From positions 10,231 through 74,230 of the forward strand of contig MCFE01000442.1 of the NCBI GenBank assembly GCA_002104905.1: a stretch of DNA of 64,000 nt, written 5' to 3'. The stretch comes from Basidiobolus meristosporus CBS 931.73. Its lineage: Eukaryota; Fungi; Basidiobolomycota. The stretch's first letter is position 1; every line of letters begins with the position of its first letter. Positions 51,559 to 62,663 of the stretch are shown piece by piece. Below the pieces are notes generated by a model. It saw nothing but the letters and a program-made list of their open reading frames with translations, made no database searches and was not told where the DNA came from. Made by a program: the position numbers and the translations under genes.

Positions 51559-52363
51559 ATGAACGTTTTACTCAGAACTCAAGCTCCTCGTGCCTTCTCT
51601 TTGGCCAAAGCAGCCCAAGGTATGTCTCACCAGCCGCTATAAATCCCAGTTTTGCCCACTTTTGTAACCGTTGATACTATCCATCTAGCCAATTCACGAG
51701 TCTCTTCCGCTCTTTTCCACACAACCACCTCTCGCTGGGCTCAGGAGGATGGAAAAACCATTTACGGAAAGGATTTGACCCCCAGCTCACCCCAACTCAA
51801 AAAGTTCAGCGACAGAATCAGCGTCAAGTTGGACGACAGCGAACTCTTGTTGCAATCCATGACCCACAAGTCTTTTGATCACGCCAGAGTCCCCACTAAC
51901 GAGCGTCTGGAATTTGTTGGTACGTACTTTCCGGACTAGAAAGTAACAACCATGCCTGTTCTCACCCGCCAGTTTTGTATAGGTGAAAAGGTGCTGAACA
52001 TGTATGCCGCTCAACACATTTTTGAGAAGTTCGCCGATATCGATGCCCAGCAATACGAGGATCTCTTGGAGCAATACATCGGCAAGGATGCGCTTGCCCA
52101 ATTCGGTCTTGATAATGGAATCGAGGAAGTTATGAGATGGAAGCCTGCATCCAACCAGAAGGACAGCAAGATTGGCTTGAACACCGTATCCGCCAAGGCC
52201 GTGAGTGCCTTGGTTGGGGCCGTGTTCCATGCGCAGGTAAGGGGAATTTTTGTGGAGCCCATCCCAACCCACACTAACCCTTGGTCCATCCCAGGGTGCC
52301 AAAAACGCCAAAGAAATCATCCAAAAGCATTTATTAGCCAAGAACGTAGAGCTATCTCAATAG
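51559..52363 (+). CDS. MRPL15: Mitochondrial ribosomal protein mL57 (RNase III-like fold)
   Basis: N-terminal transit-like peptide, then QSMTHKSFDH..PTNERLEFVG and MRWKP..AVSALVGAVFHAQ|GAKNAKEII. Confidence 0.8.
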
Positions 52364-52700
52364 ATAATTCTCGCACATTTCCCACATCTCTACATTTCTC
52401 GACTTGGCCATCTCTAATTGCATTTTATAAACTGAAAAATAAATTTCCTTGTCATATGAACCTGGACCAATCAGTGGTGGTGGAAATTGCTAGTGCCTGC
52501 TCTAACTATTCTCTGAGCACCGGCATGGAATATTTACGTACCAGGAAATTTGGTTTGCCGTGTCCCTCATTGGTGGAAATTGCTTTGCTGGTAGGAAATG
52601 CTCAATAGAATTTGGCCTCAATAAAACCCACCTGGAAACTGGTCTTTTCGTTTCCCTATCTTGTTCAATTGCTTCGGTGTCCGCCTTAGCTTAATATAGT

Positions 52701-53782
52701 ATGTCAACTAGACCAGCAGCTCCTTCATCGCTCGTTGAGCGCCTCAAGCCATTGGCCCTCGTAAGTGACCCATCGTGTATGTTTGTTCGAGTGCAGGGTT
52801 GATTTACCGTGTCTTTAGTCTCCTAGATTTGCTTGGTGGGTTGGTCACTGCATCATCACTCTCGGCTCCTTCTTCTACTTCTTCAACAAGCTCTTTGGAT
52901 CCGCCGCTTCTGCCCAGAGCTGGTACTATAGAGTGTATGTCGGTGTACTGCTCAGTTACGGTATCACCGTATGGAAGACTTACGGTGTAGGTTTTCTACA
53001 GTAACGCCTTAGTTTCGTAGTCCTTTCACTCAACCCGCTTCCCTTTCGTTAGATGCCCCAATTCAACTCTGCCTTCTTGCAGCGTATCTTCATGGACGAC
53101 AACGTCCACTATCTGCTGATGGGTCTCCTGTGGTACGTCTCTCCCCCACTCTTCGGTAAGTGCTTCAGCACCTGAGCTCGCATAACGCTTTCGCATAACA
53201 CGTGATTCTTCTCAGTTACCATTATTCCCTTCGCCGTCTATTCTCTCTTCCATGTGATCGATTTCGCTCGTGCTACCCTCCTCCCAGCCATCTTCCCTGA
53301 CTTGAACTCTGCCACCCGCTCCCCTGGAGCCACCCAAGCTGCCAACATCGCTAAGGGTATCAAGCGCTTCAAGGACACCTACTATGATGCTGGTATGAAG
53401 AGTGTCGCCAAAGTTGAGGTTATTGGAGTAATGGGACTTCAATTGCTCGGTGCTATCACGTCAGTATCAATCCATGAACTGTGTCGAACCCCTTGTCCAA
53501 CCAACATGGCTTATTAACCCGCATCCAACCTCTTCTAGATTCCAATTGTCCCCCCTCGGTACCCTCTTCTACGCCAACTTCCTCCGCATCCGCTACCACC
53601 TTTCCCCTCACATCCGTCAAACCTTTACCGAGGTTCGCACCTTCTTCGATAACCACCTTGTCTCCCCCAACGCCAACCCTAAGATCCCCGCCATCGTCGG
53701 CAAGGGTTACGTCATGATCCGGGATGGCATTATCTCCTACGGACAGTCCATCGTCCGTCAACCCACTGCTGGTGCTCAATAA
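52701..53782 (+). CDS. POM33: TMEM33/Pom33/Per33 family ER and nuclear-pore membrane protein
   Basis: FAWWVGH, YRVY..LSYGITV, MDDNVHYLLM, IIPFAVYSLFHVI and LFYANFLRIRY. Confidence 0.88.
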
Positions 53783-54734
53783 GCCACCCCATTCAGAGTA
53801 ATATATAAACCAACCAACCGCCCAAAATTTTTTCTTGTGAATGCCGGTCTCCCAAGTTGATCTCTTACCACGGAGAATGGATTGAGGGACGGGATGGTGG
53901 GACTATTGCTGGTGGTGGGTAACGTTCCCAATCACTGGTCACTACATCAATTTCCATTTCAACCTCGGATGACTACCAATCGGGCACCGTCTGGTTTCCA
54001 TCCTGAATAAACTCAGAGTTCCTTTCGAAAGATTCCCCAGGGATTTGATGGCTGCGCGTGCATATGTGGTTGTATTTTCTGGCTCCCGGGTCGGCAGAAT
54101 GTGTAGCGATAGTGAAGGGATTTGTTTTGCAGGGTGCGTGCGTGTGCAGTGTTGCGAGTTACCACTACTAACCACAATGCGGCATTGCATAAATTCAATT
54201 CGAAGGGACCCGTTCCCAGATCAAATCTTCAAGTGATCCAGATGCCTGTTTGAGTTGGTTGCGGAAAACCAATTGAACTTCGAGTTGCGTTCTTTTCAAT
54301 GGTCTTACCGCCGGAATGAATCTTGGTCGGAGTTTATCAAGCCAATTGATGCCTTACCACATATCTGCACATGATTGTACCAATCGCTGCCAATTTCAGA
54401 CACCAATGTTATGTTGTCTATTTTGTGACAAGACTTTGAGGAGTGTTAAAAACGACCAGGGAATAAGATGATTTGCTGCATATTCATTTGTTTAGTTGCG
54501 TTCAAATAAATCTTCAATATAAGTTTACAATACAAATAATTCATTAATAGTTTATGAAGAGCTTGATAATACTGGGAACAAGAATGCTACAAGGGTGGAC
54601 TAGGACAGGGTGCCCAAAGCTTTAGGTTCACTAGATGAATTTGAAATTTTGGAACCTTACTGAGCTCAATAACTGGTCAATTGGCAAATGTTTGCTATTA
54701 GAGTCATGGAGATAAAGGAAGTAATTAGGATAGC

Positions 54735-55051
54735 TGTTGTAAGAGTTTTGAAGATATTGGAAGTGATTGGGAGGACAAGTAGATTATATGGATTTAACTT
54801 GATAATTTATTGAATGTAAGAGGAGTATTTATACCTTTACATGGTCTTGGCATAACAAGCACGTAAATAGGATTAGGAAGGTCCCAAGAACATGTGTGCA
54901 AAGTTTGGGGCTGTTTGGACAACTTTGAGAATTTTCATGTTATGGGTGTCTGATATTTTGGTGAAAATGCTCCAAGTAAATCCCAACAAGGAATTTAGTC
55001 AGTATTCTCCAGAGGTTGTAGGTAATGATCTAAGTGACTAAGTTAGGTGAA
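54735..55051 (-). mobile_element. Copia LTR, truncated, fused head-to-head to an RT fragment
   Basis: TGTTGTAAGAG.. runs to GGAAATACAAAT, lacks its terminal ~10 nt, and abuts + strand RT sequence directly. Confidence 0.9.
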
Positions 55052-56366
55052 TATTTAGGTGGAAATACAAATAGAGACTAAATCCAGCCTATCTAAGGAG
55101 TTCAAGATGTCCAATCTAGGAGAACTCAGTTACTACTTAGGGATTAAGTTCTCCATAGACAGAAGTACCCAGACTATCACCCTAAGTCAGTCCAAGTATA
55201 TTCAAGATATACTAAAGAAGTACCAAATGGAAGACTGTAAACCAGCAGCTACCCCAATGGAGACAAACCTTAACTTGGTCAAAGCTCAACCAAATCAAGA
55301 GAGCTTGGTGCCATCTGAAAGCCCTGACTTTCCTTATCAATCTATGGTTGGCAGTCTGATGTATATCATGCTTGGAACATGTCCAGATATCTCATAGTCA
55401 GTGGGAGTTGTCAGCCAACATAATCAGAACTATGAATCTGATCATATTGCAGCAGTTAAGCGGATTTTTAGATACCTAAAAGGAACTGCTGATATCTGCT
55501 TAAGATACACTTATAAGGATTCAGAACAAGATCTTGTGGGATACTTTGATGCTGATTGGGGACAAAATTTGGAAGACAGAAGATCCACCACAGGATACAC
55601 CTTTCTTTACTGTAAAGGAGCAATTTCATGGAATTCAAGAAAGCAACCAGCTGTAGCACTTTCCACCACAGAGGCAGAGTATATGGCAGCATGTGAAGCT
55701 ACAAAAGAAGCAATGTGGTTAAGAAAATTTTTTACAGATTTAGGCCTATGTCAAAAAACACCTATTACTTGATTTCAAGATAATCAAGGATGTAAATAAT
55801 TAGGTAGAAATCCAACTTTTCATGCTAGAACTAAGCACATAGATATTAGACATCATTTCATATGTGAAGCTATAGAGAATAACTTAGTTAGCTTAGTTTA
55901 CTGTCCTACAGATGAAATGATTGCAGACATATTTACCAAACCATTAGCTAGAGACAAGTTTGAATATCTTAGGTCAAAATTAGGACTAGTCAGTATGAAC
56001 ATTTAGCTGAGTCGGAGTGTTGTAAAAATTTGTATTTCCACCTAAATACTCATCTAACTTAGCCACTTAGATCATTACCTTCCAATCCTAGAGAATACTG
56101 ACCAAATTCCTTGTTGGGATTTACTTAGAATATCTTCACCAAAATACCAGGTACCCAGAACATGAGAATTCCCAAAGTTGTCCAAACAGCCCCAAATTTT
56201 GCACACATGTTCTTGGGACCTTATTTAACTTATTCTACGTGTTTGTAATGCCAAGACTAGGTAAAAGTGTAAATACTACTTTTACATTCAATAAATCATT
56301 AAGTGAAAACCACATAATCTACTTGTTCTCTCAATCACTTCCAATATCTTCAAGACTCTTACAACA
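55052..56366 (+). mobile_element. 3' part of a copia copy: RT end, RNase H, polypurine tract and 3' LTR (56018-56366)
   Basis: KEFKMSNLGELSYYLGI..YQSMVGSLMY..DADWG..EAEY, with in-frame stops. GAGTCGGAG precedes TGTTG..CAACA. Confidence 0.93.
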
Positions 56367-56653
56367 CCTCTATGGCTGGTTGCTTTCTTGAATTCTACAA
56401 AATTGGCTCCTTTGCAGTAAAGAAAGGTGTATCCAGTCGTAAATCTTCTGTCTTATAAACTTTGTCCCCAATCAGCATCAGAGTATCCCATAAGATCCTG
56501 TTCTGAGCTCTTATAGGTGTACCTAAAGCAGATATTAGCTATTTCTTTTAGGTATCTAAGAATCTGCTCAACTGCTGTAATAGGAGAAAATCCATAGTTC
56601 TGAATATGCTAGCTGACAACTCCCACTGAATATGAGATATATGGGCATGATCC
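56367..56653 (-). mobile_element. Older, decayed copia RT/RNase H fragment
   Basis: Aligns by eye to 57760-58035 with many substitutions. Confidence 0.8.
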
Positions 56654-57043
56654 TGTTAAAAAGTTTGTAATTCCACTTTGATATTCACCTAACTCAGTCA
56701 CTTAGATCAATACCTACAAATCTTGTAGAATACTGACCAAGTTTCTTGCTGGGACTTATTTAGAATATTTTCACCAAACATTAGATACACAGCACATAAA
56801 AATTCCCAAACTTGTCCAAACAGCCCCAAACTTTGCACACATGCTCTTGTGAGCTTTCTAAGCCTACTCTATGCATCAGCTATACCAAAATTATGTAAAT
56901 GTATAGGCACTACTTGTACATTCAGTAAATCATTGAATGAGAAGCATATCATCTACTTGTTCTCCCAATCACTTCCAAAAACTCCATGACTCTTACAGCA
57001 GATTGTGAGCCCTAAGCTGTCACTCTTGGCAATATCTAATACT
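56654..57043 (+). mobile_element. Old copia 5' LTR (56654-57000), decayed PBS and start of gag, interrupted by the full-length copy
   Basis: The LTR is followed by GATTGTGAGCCCTAAGCTGTCACTC, a decayed GGTTATGGGCCCCAAGCTGTCACTC. The gag sequence resumes at 61725. Confidence 0.85.
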
Positions 57044-57404
57044 TGTTGTTAGAGTCTTGGAGATATTGGAAGTGATTGGGAGAACAAGTAAATTATGTGG
57101 TTTTCACTTAACAATTTATTGATTGCAAAAGTAGTATTTATACTTTTACCTGGTCTTGGCATAACAAACATGTAGAATAGGTTAAGGAAGGTCCCAAGAA
57201 CATGTGTGAAAACGTTTGGGGCTGTTTGGACAACTTTGAGAATTTTCATGTTCTGAGTACCTGGTATTTTGGTGAAAATATTCTAAGTAAATCCCAACAA
57301 GGAATTTGGTCAGTATTTTCTAGGATTTGAAGGTAATGATCTAAGTGACTAAGTTAGGTGAATATTTAGGTGGAAATACGAATTTTTGCAACACTCCCAC
57401 TCAG

Positions 57405-60400
57405 CTAAATGCTCATACTGACTAGTCCTAGTTTTGACCTAAGATATTCAAACTTGTCTCTAGCTAATGGTTTGGTAAATATGTCTGCAATCATTTCATC
57501 TGTAGGACAGTAAACTAAGCTAACTAAGTTATTCTCTATAGCTTCACGTATGAAATGATGTCTAATATCTATGTGCTTGGTTCTAGCATGAAAAGTTGGA
57601 TTTCTACCTAATTGTATACATCCTTGATTATCTTGAAATAAAGTAATAGGCGTTTTTTGACATAGGCCTAAATCTGTAAAGAGCTTTCTTAACCACATTG
57701 CTTCTTTTGTAGCTTCACAGGCTGCCATATACTCTGCCTCTGTAGTAGAAAGTGCTACAGTTGGTTGCTTTCTTAAATTCCATGAAATTGCTCCTTTACA
57801 GTAAAGAAAGGTGTATCCTGTAGTGGATCTTCTGTCTTCCATATTTTGTCCCCAATCAGCATCAGAGTATCCCACAAGATCCTGTTCTGAATCCTTACAA
57901 GTGTATCTTAAGCAGATATCAGCAGTTCCTTTTAGGTATCTAAAAATCTGCTTAACTGCTGCAATATGATCAGATCCATAGTTCTGATTATGTTGGCTGA
58001 CAACTCCCACTGAATATGAGATATCTGGACGTGTTCCAAGCATGATATACATCAGACTGCCGACCATAGATTGATAAGGAAAGTCAGGGCTTTCAGATGG
58101 CACCAAGCTCTCTTGATTTGGTTGAGTTTTGACCAAGTTAAGGTTTGTCTCCATTGGGGTAGCTGCCGGTTTACAGTCTTCCATTTTGTACTTCTTTAGT
58201 ATATCTTGAATATACTTGGATTGGCTTAGGGTAATAGTCTGGGTACTTCTGTCTATGGAGAACTTAATCCCTAAGTAGTAACTAAGTTCTCCTAAATCAG
58301 ACATCTTGAACTCCTTAGATAGGCTGAATTTAGTCTCTTCCATTATTTCTAGGTTATTGGCGGCTATAATAAGATCATCCACATATAGAGCTAATAGAAC
58401 TGGATTTGCTCTATCTGGCTTATAGTATATACTATAGCATTACTTCTTTTGAAACCCAAGGATTCCAAATAAGAATCTATCTTGCAATTCCAGGCTCTCG
58501 GTGATTGTTTGAGACCATATAGTGACTTTTTAAGCTTGCAGACCAAATGGGAGTTATCTTGGTCAGCAAACCCATCAGGCTGGTCCATATACACGTCCTC
58601 ATCAAGTTCTCCATTCAAAAATGCAGTTTTTACATCCATTTGATGAACAAAAAACTTATATTTGGCTGCAATAGCCAATATTAATCTGATGGAATTAAAT
58701 TTGGCTACCGGTGCAAAGGTCTCAGTATAGTCAAGTCCTTTTGTTTGAGAGTATCCTTTGGCTACAAGTCTTGCTTTGTATCTTTCAATTGTACCATCAG
58801 CCTTGTATTTTGTCTTGAAGACCCATCTGCATCCAATTGATTTTTGGTTGATTGGTAATTTGACTAAGTCCCAAGTTTGATTTTCCATCAGGGCCTGATA
58901 TTCCTCAGTCATTGCAGATCTCCAAAACTTTGTCTGAGGGCTATTTAGGGCCTCTTTTACAGTCTGGGGCTCATCAATATGGACTGAATAGGCATAGGCT
59001 AAGTTTGTACCCTCATTGATATAGTAATTTGGGCTATTTCTTGTCCAATTTGATCTCCGGGCATTTGATACTGGAATGATCACTTCTGGGATATTCCAGG
59101 GCACTGATTCTGGCTGAACCATGGTTGTAGAGTCCTCTGGAGTGAAAAAATTTTCATTGTTTTGCTCTGATTCAATCCTGACAATTGGTGGACTTGAGAT
59201 CAAATTTTCGTCATCATCTGATGTCATTTTTTATGAAAATTTTGAATTTTCATCAAACAACACATCCCTGGACTTGATAAGCTTCTTTGCTTTGGTATTG
59301 TAGAGTCTGTATGCCTTACTCTCATTACAGTAGCCCAAAAATATGCATTTTACACTTTTTGGCTCAAATTTTGACTGATTTCCGGCCAGTTTTTTAGCAT
59401 ATGCTGTACACCCAAATATTCTTAGATGTTCTGCACTTGGTCTGTATCCATGCCATGCTTCAAATGGAGTAGAATCACAAAGTATTCTGTTATAACTCCT
59501 ATTTTTAAGATATACAGCAGTGGCAACTGATTCCGCCCAAAAATCATAGGATAATTTTTGATCATGGATCATAGATCTTGCCATATCAATTATTGATCTG
59601 TTAGCTCGTTCTGCTACTCCATTTTGCTGTGGGGAGTATGGTACAGTAGTCTCTTGCTTTATCCCATGAATTTTGCAGAAGTGGATGAAGAGTTTTGAGG
59701 TATATTCTCCACCATTGTCAGAGCGTATTTTCTTGATTTTTTCACCAGTTTCTCTCTCCAGCATGGCTTTGAACTCCCTGAACTTAGACAGAGCTTCTTC
59801 CTTTCTCTCCATGAAGTAGACCCATGTATATCTTGTATAATCATCAATCAAAGTGATTAAATACTTCATCCTGCCTAAGGATAAAATTTGCATAGGTCCA
59901 CACAGATCTGAGTGAATTAGATCTAATTTTTTCTTAGTTTTGATTAACCCAGAGCTCTTGAATGGTTGTCTGGCTTGTTTCCCATATATGCAGGCTTCAC
60001 AGTGCTCCAAATTAGCTGGGGGATCAATTTTTACTCCAGAAATTAGCTGATCTTTGATCATTTTGCGCGAATAATCAAAATTGATGTGCCCAAATCTCCT
60101 GTGCCAAAGCATTGGTGTTTCTTCATTTAAGGTACTTATATTGGCTTCCAGATATGATGGAATATAAGTCAACTTGTATAGATTCTGATCTCTGATGCCT
60201 AAAGCAATATGGGCACCATTTTGATTAGTGATCCTGCATCCACAATTGTCAAAACTGAAACTGAGTCCTTCTGCTGTGGCCTTGCTTACAGAGAGTAGGT
60301 TCTTGGCTATTTCTGGTACATAGAGTACTTCTTTAAAGGTCAGTGTATGGCTTCCTTCACTGCTTCTAATGTTTACTTGGATAGTTCCTTCTCCCACTGC

Positions 60401-61371
60401 ATCAAGTGTTCTATAGTCACCCATGAAAACCTTCGTAATTGGAATTTCTTGATATTGGGTAAAAAGTTCTTTTTGGTGTGTAAAGTGTTGAGAAGCTCCA
60501 GAGTCAATATACCACGTCTGAGAATCCTTGTTTGTGGTCATATTTAGTGCAGATATGAATAGTCTATCTTCAGTTGTTGCAGCATTTCCATATTCAGGCT
60601 TCTTTTGCTGATAATCTCTCTTTTTGAAACACCGGTCTGATGTGTGTCCTTTCCTTTTGCAGTAGTTGCAAAATAGGTTGCTGTTGCCTTTGTAGGGTCT
60701 TGGGTACCTCCTTTGTTGGTTATCATTGCTTATTAAAGCATTTTCTTCTTCCTTCTTATTGGCGCTTGATTTTCTTAATTCTTCATCCAGGAGCCTTCCA
60801 TATACGTAATTTAAGGTCAAATCTTCAGTTCTGGACTCTAGGGCTGATACAAGGCCCTGAAACTTGTCTGTCAGGCTATTCAGGATGGTAACTATAACAT
60901 CCTCATCAGTAGTTGGTTTGCCCACAGATTCCATCTCATCTACCAGCAGGTAATTCTGTTAATTAGATTTTTCATTTCTTCTCCTGGCAGCATCTTTGTA
61001 GTAAAGAATTTTCGTCTCAGATACATTTTCTTAGCAGCTGAACATGACTGGTGGGTGTCCGCTAATGCTTTCCAGGCATTCTTTGCCGTTTTTGCTCTTG
61101 AGCATTGAATTAGTAATTTGTCCTTGACATTAAGGCAAATGCAGTTAAAGGCACTTTGTTCTTTCTTCTGGTACTTTAAGGCTTCCTCTCCCACGTTTTT
61201 AGGAGGGCATTCTTCTCCCATGACAATATCCCAAAGGCCTCTTTCTTGTAGCAGCATCTTCATCTTCACCTTCCACACTTGGTAGTTAGATCCATCCAAC
61301 TTTTCAGCAGAGGGAAAAATTCCAGTAATACCAGTAGTAGACATTGCAGAGAGTGACAGCTTGGGGCCCAT
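57405..61371 (-). pseudogene. Copia gag-pol with three lesions: 1-nt deletion ~60950, CAA to TAA at 59231-59233, and a 3n+1 deletion at 58435/58436
   Basis: LDGSNYQVWK (gag), CNYCKRKGHTSDRC (zinc knuckle), WYIDSGASQH (PR), LWHRRFGH, HSDLCGP..IRSDNGGEY..PQQNGVAERANR (IN), QMDVKTAFLNG..SLYGLKQSPRAW..YVDD (RT) and YSDADW..KHIDIRHHFIRE (RH). Confidence 0.95.
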
Positions 61372-61375
61372 AACC
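61364..61375 (-). promoter_or_regulatory. Primer-binding site GGTTATGGGCCC (copia/Ty5 type, internal half of initiator tRNA-Met); overlaps the gag ATG
   Basis: Directly abuts the CAACA end of the 5' LTR and matches the PBS known from Drosophila copia and Ty5-like elements. Confidence 0.85.
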
Positions 61376-61724
61376 TGTTGTAAGAGTCTTGGAGATATTG
61401 GAAGTGATTGGGAGAACAAGTAGATTATGTGGTTTTCACTTAATGATTTATTGATTGCAAAAGTAGTATTTATACTTTTACCTGGTCTTGGCATTGCAAA
61501 CATGTAGAATAGGTTAAGGAAGGTCCCAAGAACATATGTGCAAAGTTTGGGGCTGTTTGGACAACTTTGAGAATTTTCATGTTCTGGGTACCTGGTATTT
61601 TGGTGAAAATATTCTAAGTAAATCCCAACAAGGAATTTGGTCAGTATTTTCTAGGATTTGAAGGTAATGATCTAAGTGACTAAGTTAGGTGAATATTTAG
61701 GTAGAAATACAAATTTTTGCAACA

Positions 61725-62663
61725 CTACTACTAATACTGGAATTTTTTCCTCAGCTGAAAAGTTGGATGGATATATCTAGCAAGTGTGCAAGGTGAAGAT
61801 GAAGATGCAGCTATAAAAAGGTGTTGTAAAGATTGGGATCTCCACCTAAATACTTACCTAGCTTAGTTGCTTAGATCATTTTCTCCAAATCCTAGAGAAT
61901 ACTGACCAAACTTCTTGTTGAGATTTACTTGGAATTTTTTTTACCAAAATATCAGGTACCCCAAAACATGAAAATTAGATCAGTTGTCCAAACAGCCTCA
62001 ACTTTGCACACATGCTCTTAGTGTTGTAAGAGTCTTGGAGATATTGGAAGTGATTGGGAGAACAAGTAGATTATGTGGTTTTCACTTAATGATTTATTGA
62101 ATATAAAAGTAGTATTTATACTTTTACATGGTCTTGGCATTGCAAACACGTAGAATAGGTTAAGAAAGATCCCAAGAACATATGTGCAAAGTTTGGGGCT
62201 GTTTGGACAACTTTGAGAATTTTCATGTTCTGGGTACCTGGCATTTTGGTGAAAATATTCAAAATAAATCCCAACAAGGAATTTGGTCAGTATTCTCTAG
62301 GATTTGAAGGTGATGATCTAAGTGACTAAGTTAGGTGAATATTTAGGTGGAAATACAAATTTTTACAACACTTAGGACCTTCCCAAACCTATTATATATG
62401 TTTGGTATGCTAAGACAATGCAAAAGTATAAACTACTTTTACATTAAATAAATCTTTAAGTGAAAATCACATAATCTACTTGTCCTCCCAATCACTTCCA
62501 ATATCTCCAAGACTCTTACAACAGGCTATGTGCCCCAAGCTGCTACTCTCTGCAATGTCTACTAACTGCTATTACTGGAACTTTTTTTTTTGCTGAACAG
62601 TTGGATGGATCCTAACTACCAAGTGTGGAAGGTGAAGACAAAGATGCTGCTACAAGAAGAGGC
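61725..62663 (+). mobile_element. Gag stub, then an LTR (61822-62523, interrupted), decayed PBS and a second gag stub
   Basis: Both stubs align to the first ~138 nt after the LTR of the full element and stop at the AGAGG of gag. Confidence 0.85.
62022..62370 (-). mobile_element. Copia solo LTR (349-bp subtype) inserted in another LTR
   Basis: TGTTG..CAACA with a perfect TSD, CTTAG (62017-62021 and 62371-62375). Confidence 0.96.

Larger units (their letters stand above)
57044..61724 (-). mobile_element. Near full-length Ty1/copia LTR retrotransposon (4.7 kb)
   Basis: 5' LTR 61376-61724 and 3' LTR 57044-57393 differ at about a dozen positions in ~350 bp. PBS at 61364-61375, PPT GAGTGGGAG at 57394-57402, flanks ATACT/CTACT (4/5 TSD). 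Domain order is gag-PR-IN-RT-RH. Confidence 0.98.

Noticed and set aside
53790-54730. Short ORFs between POM33 and the copia island
   Set aside because: No splice-consistent model or recognisable motif.
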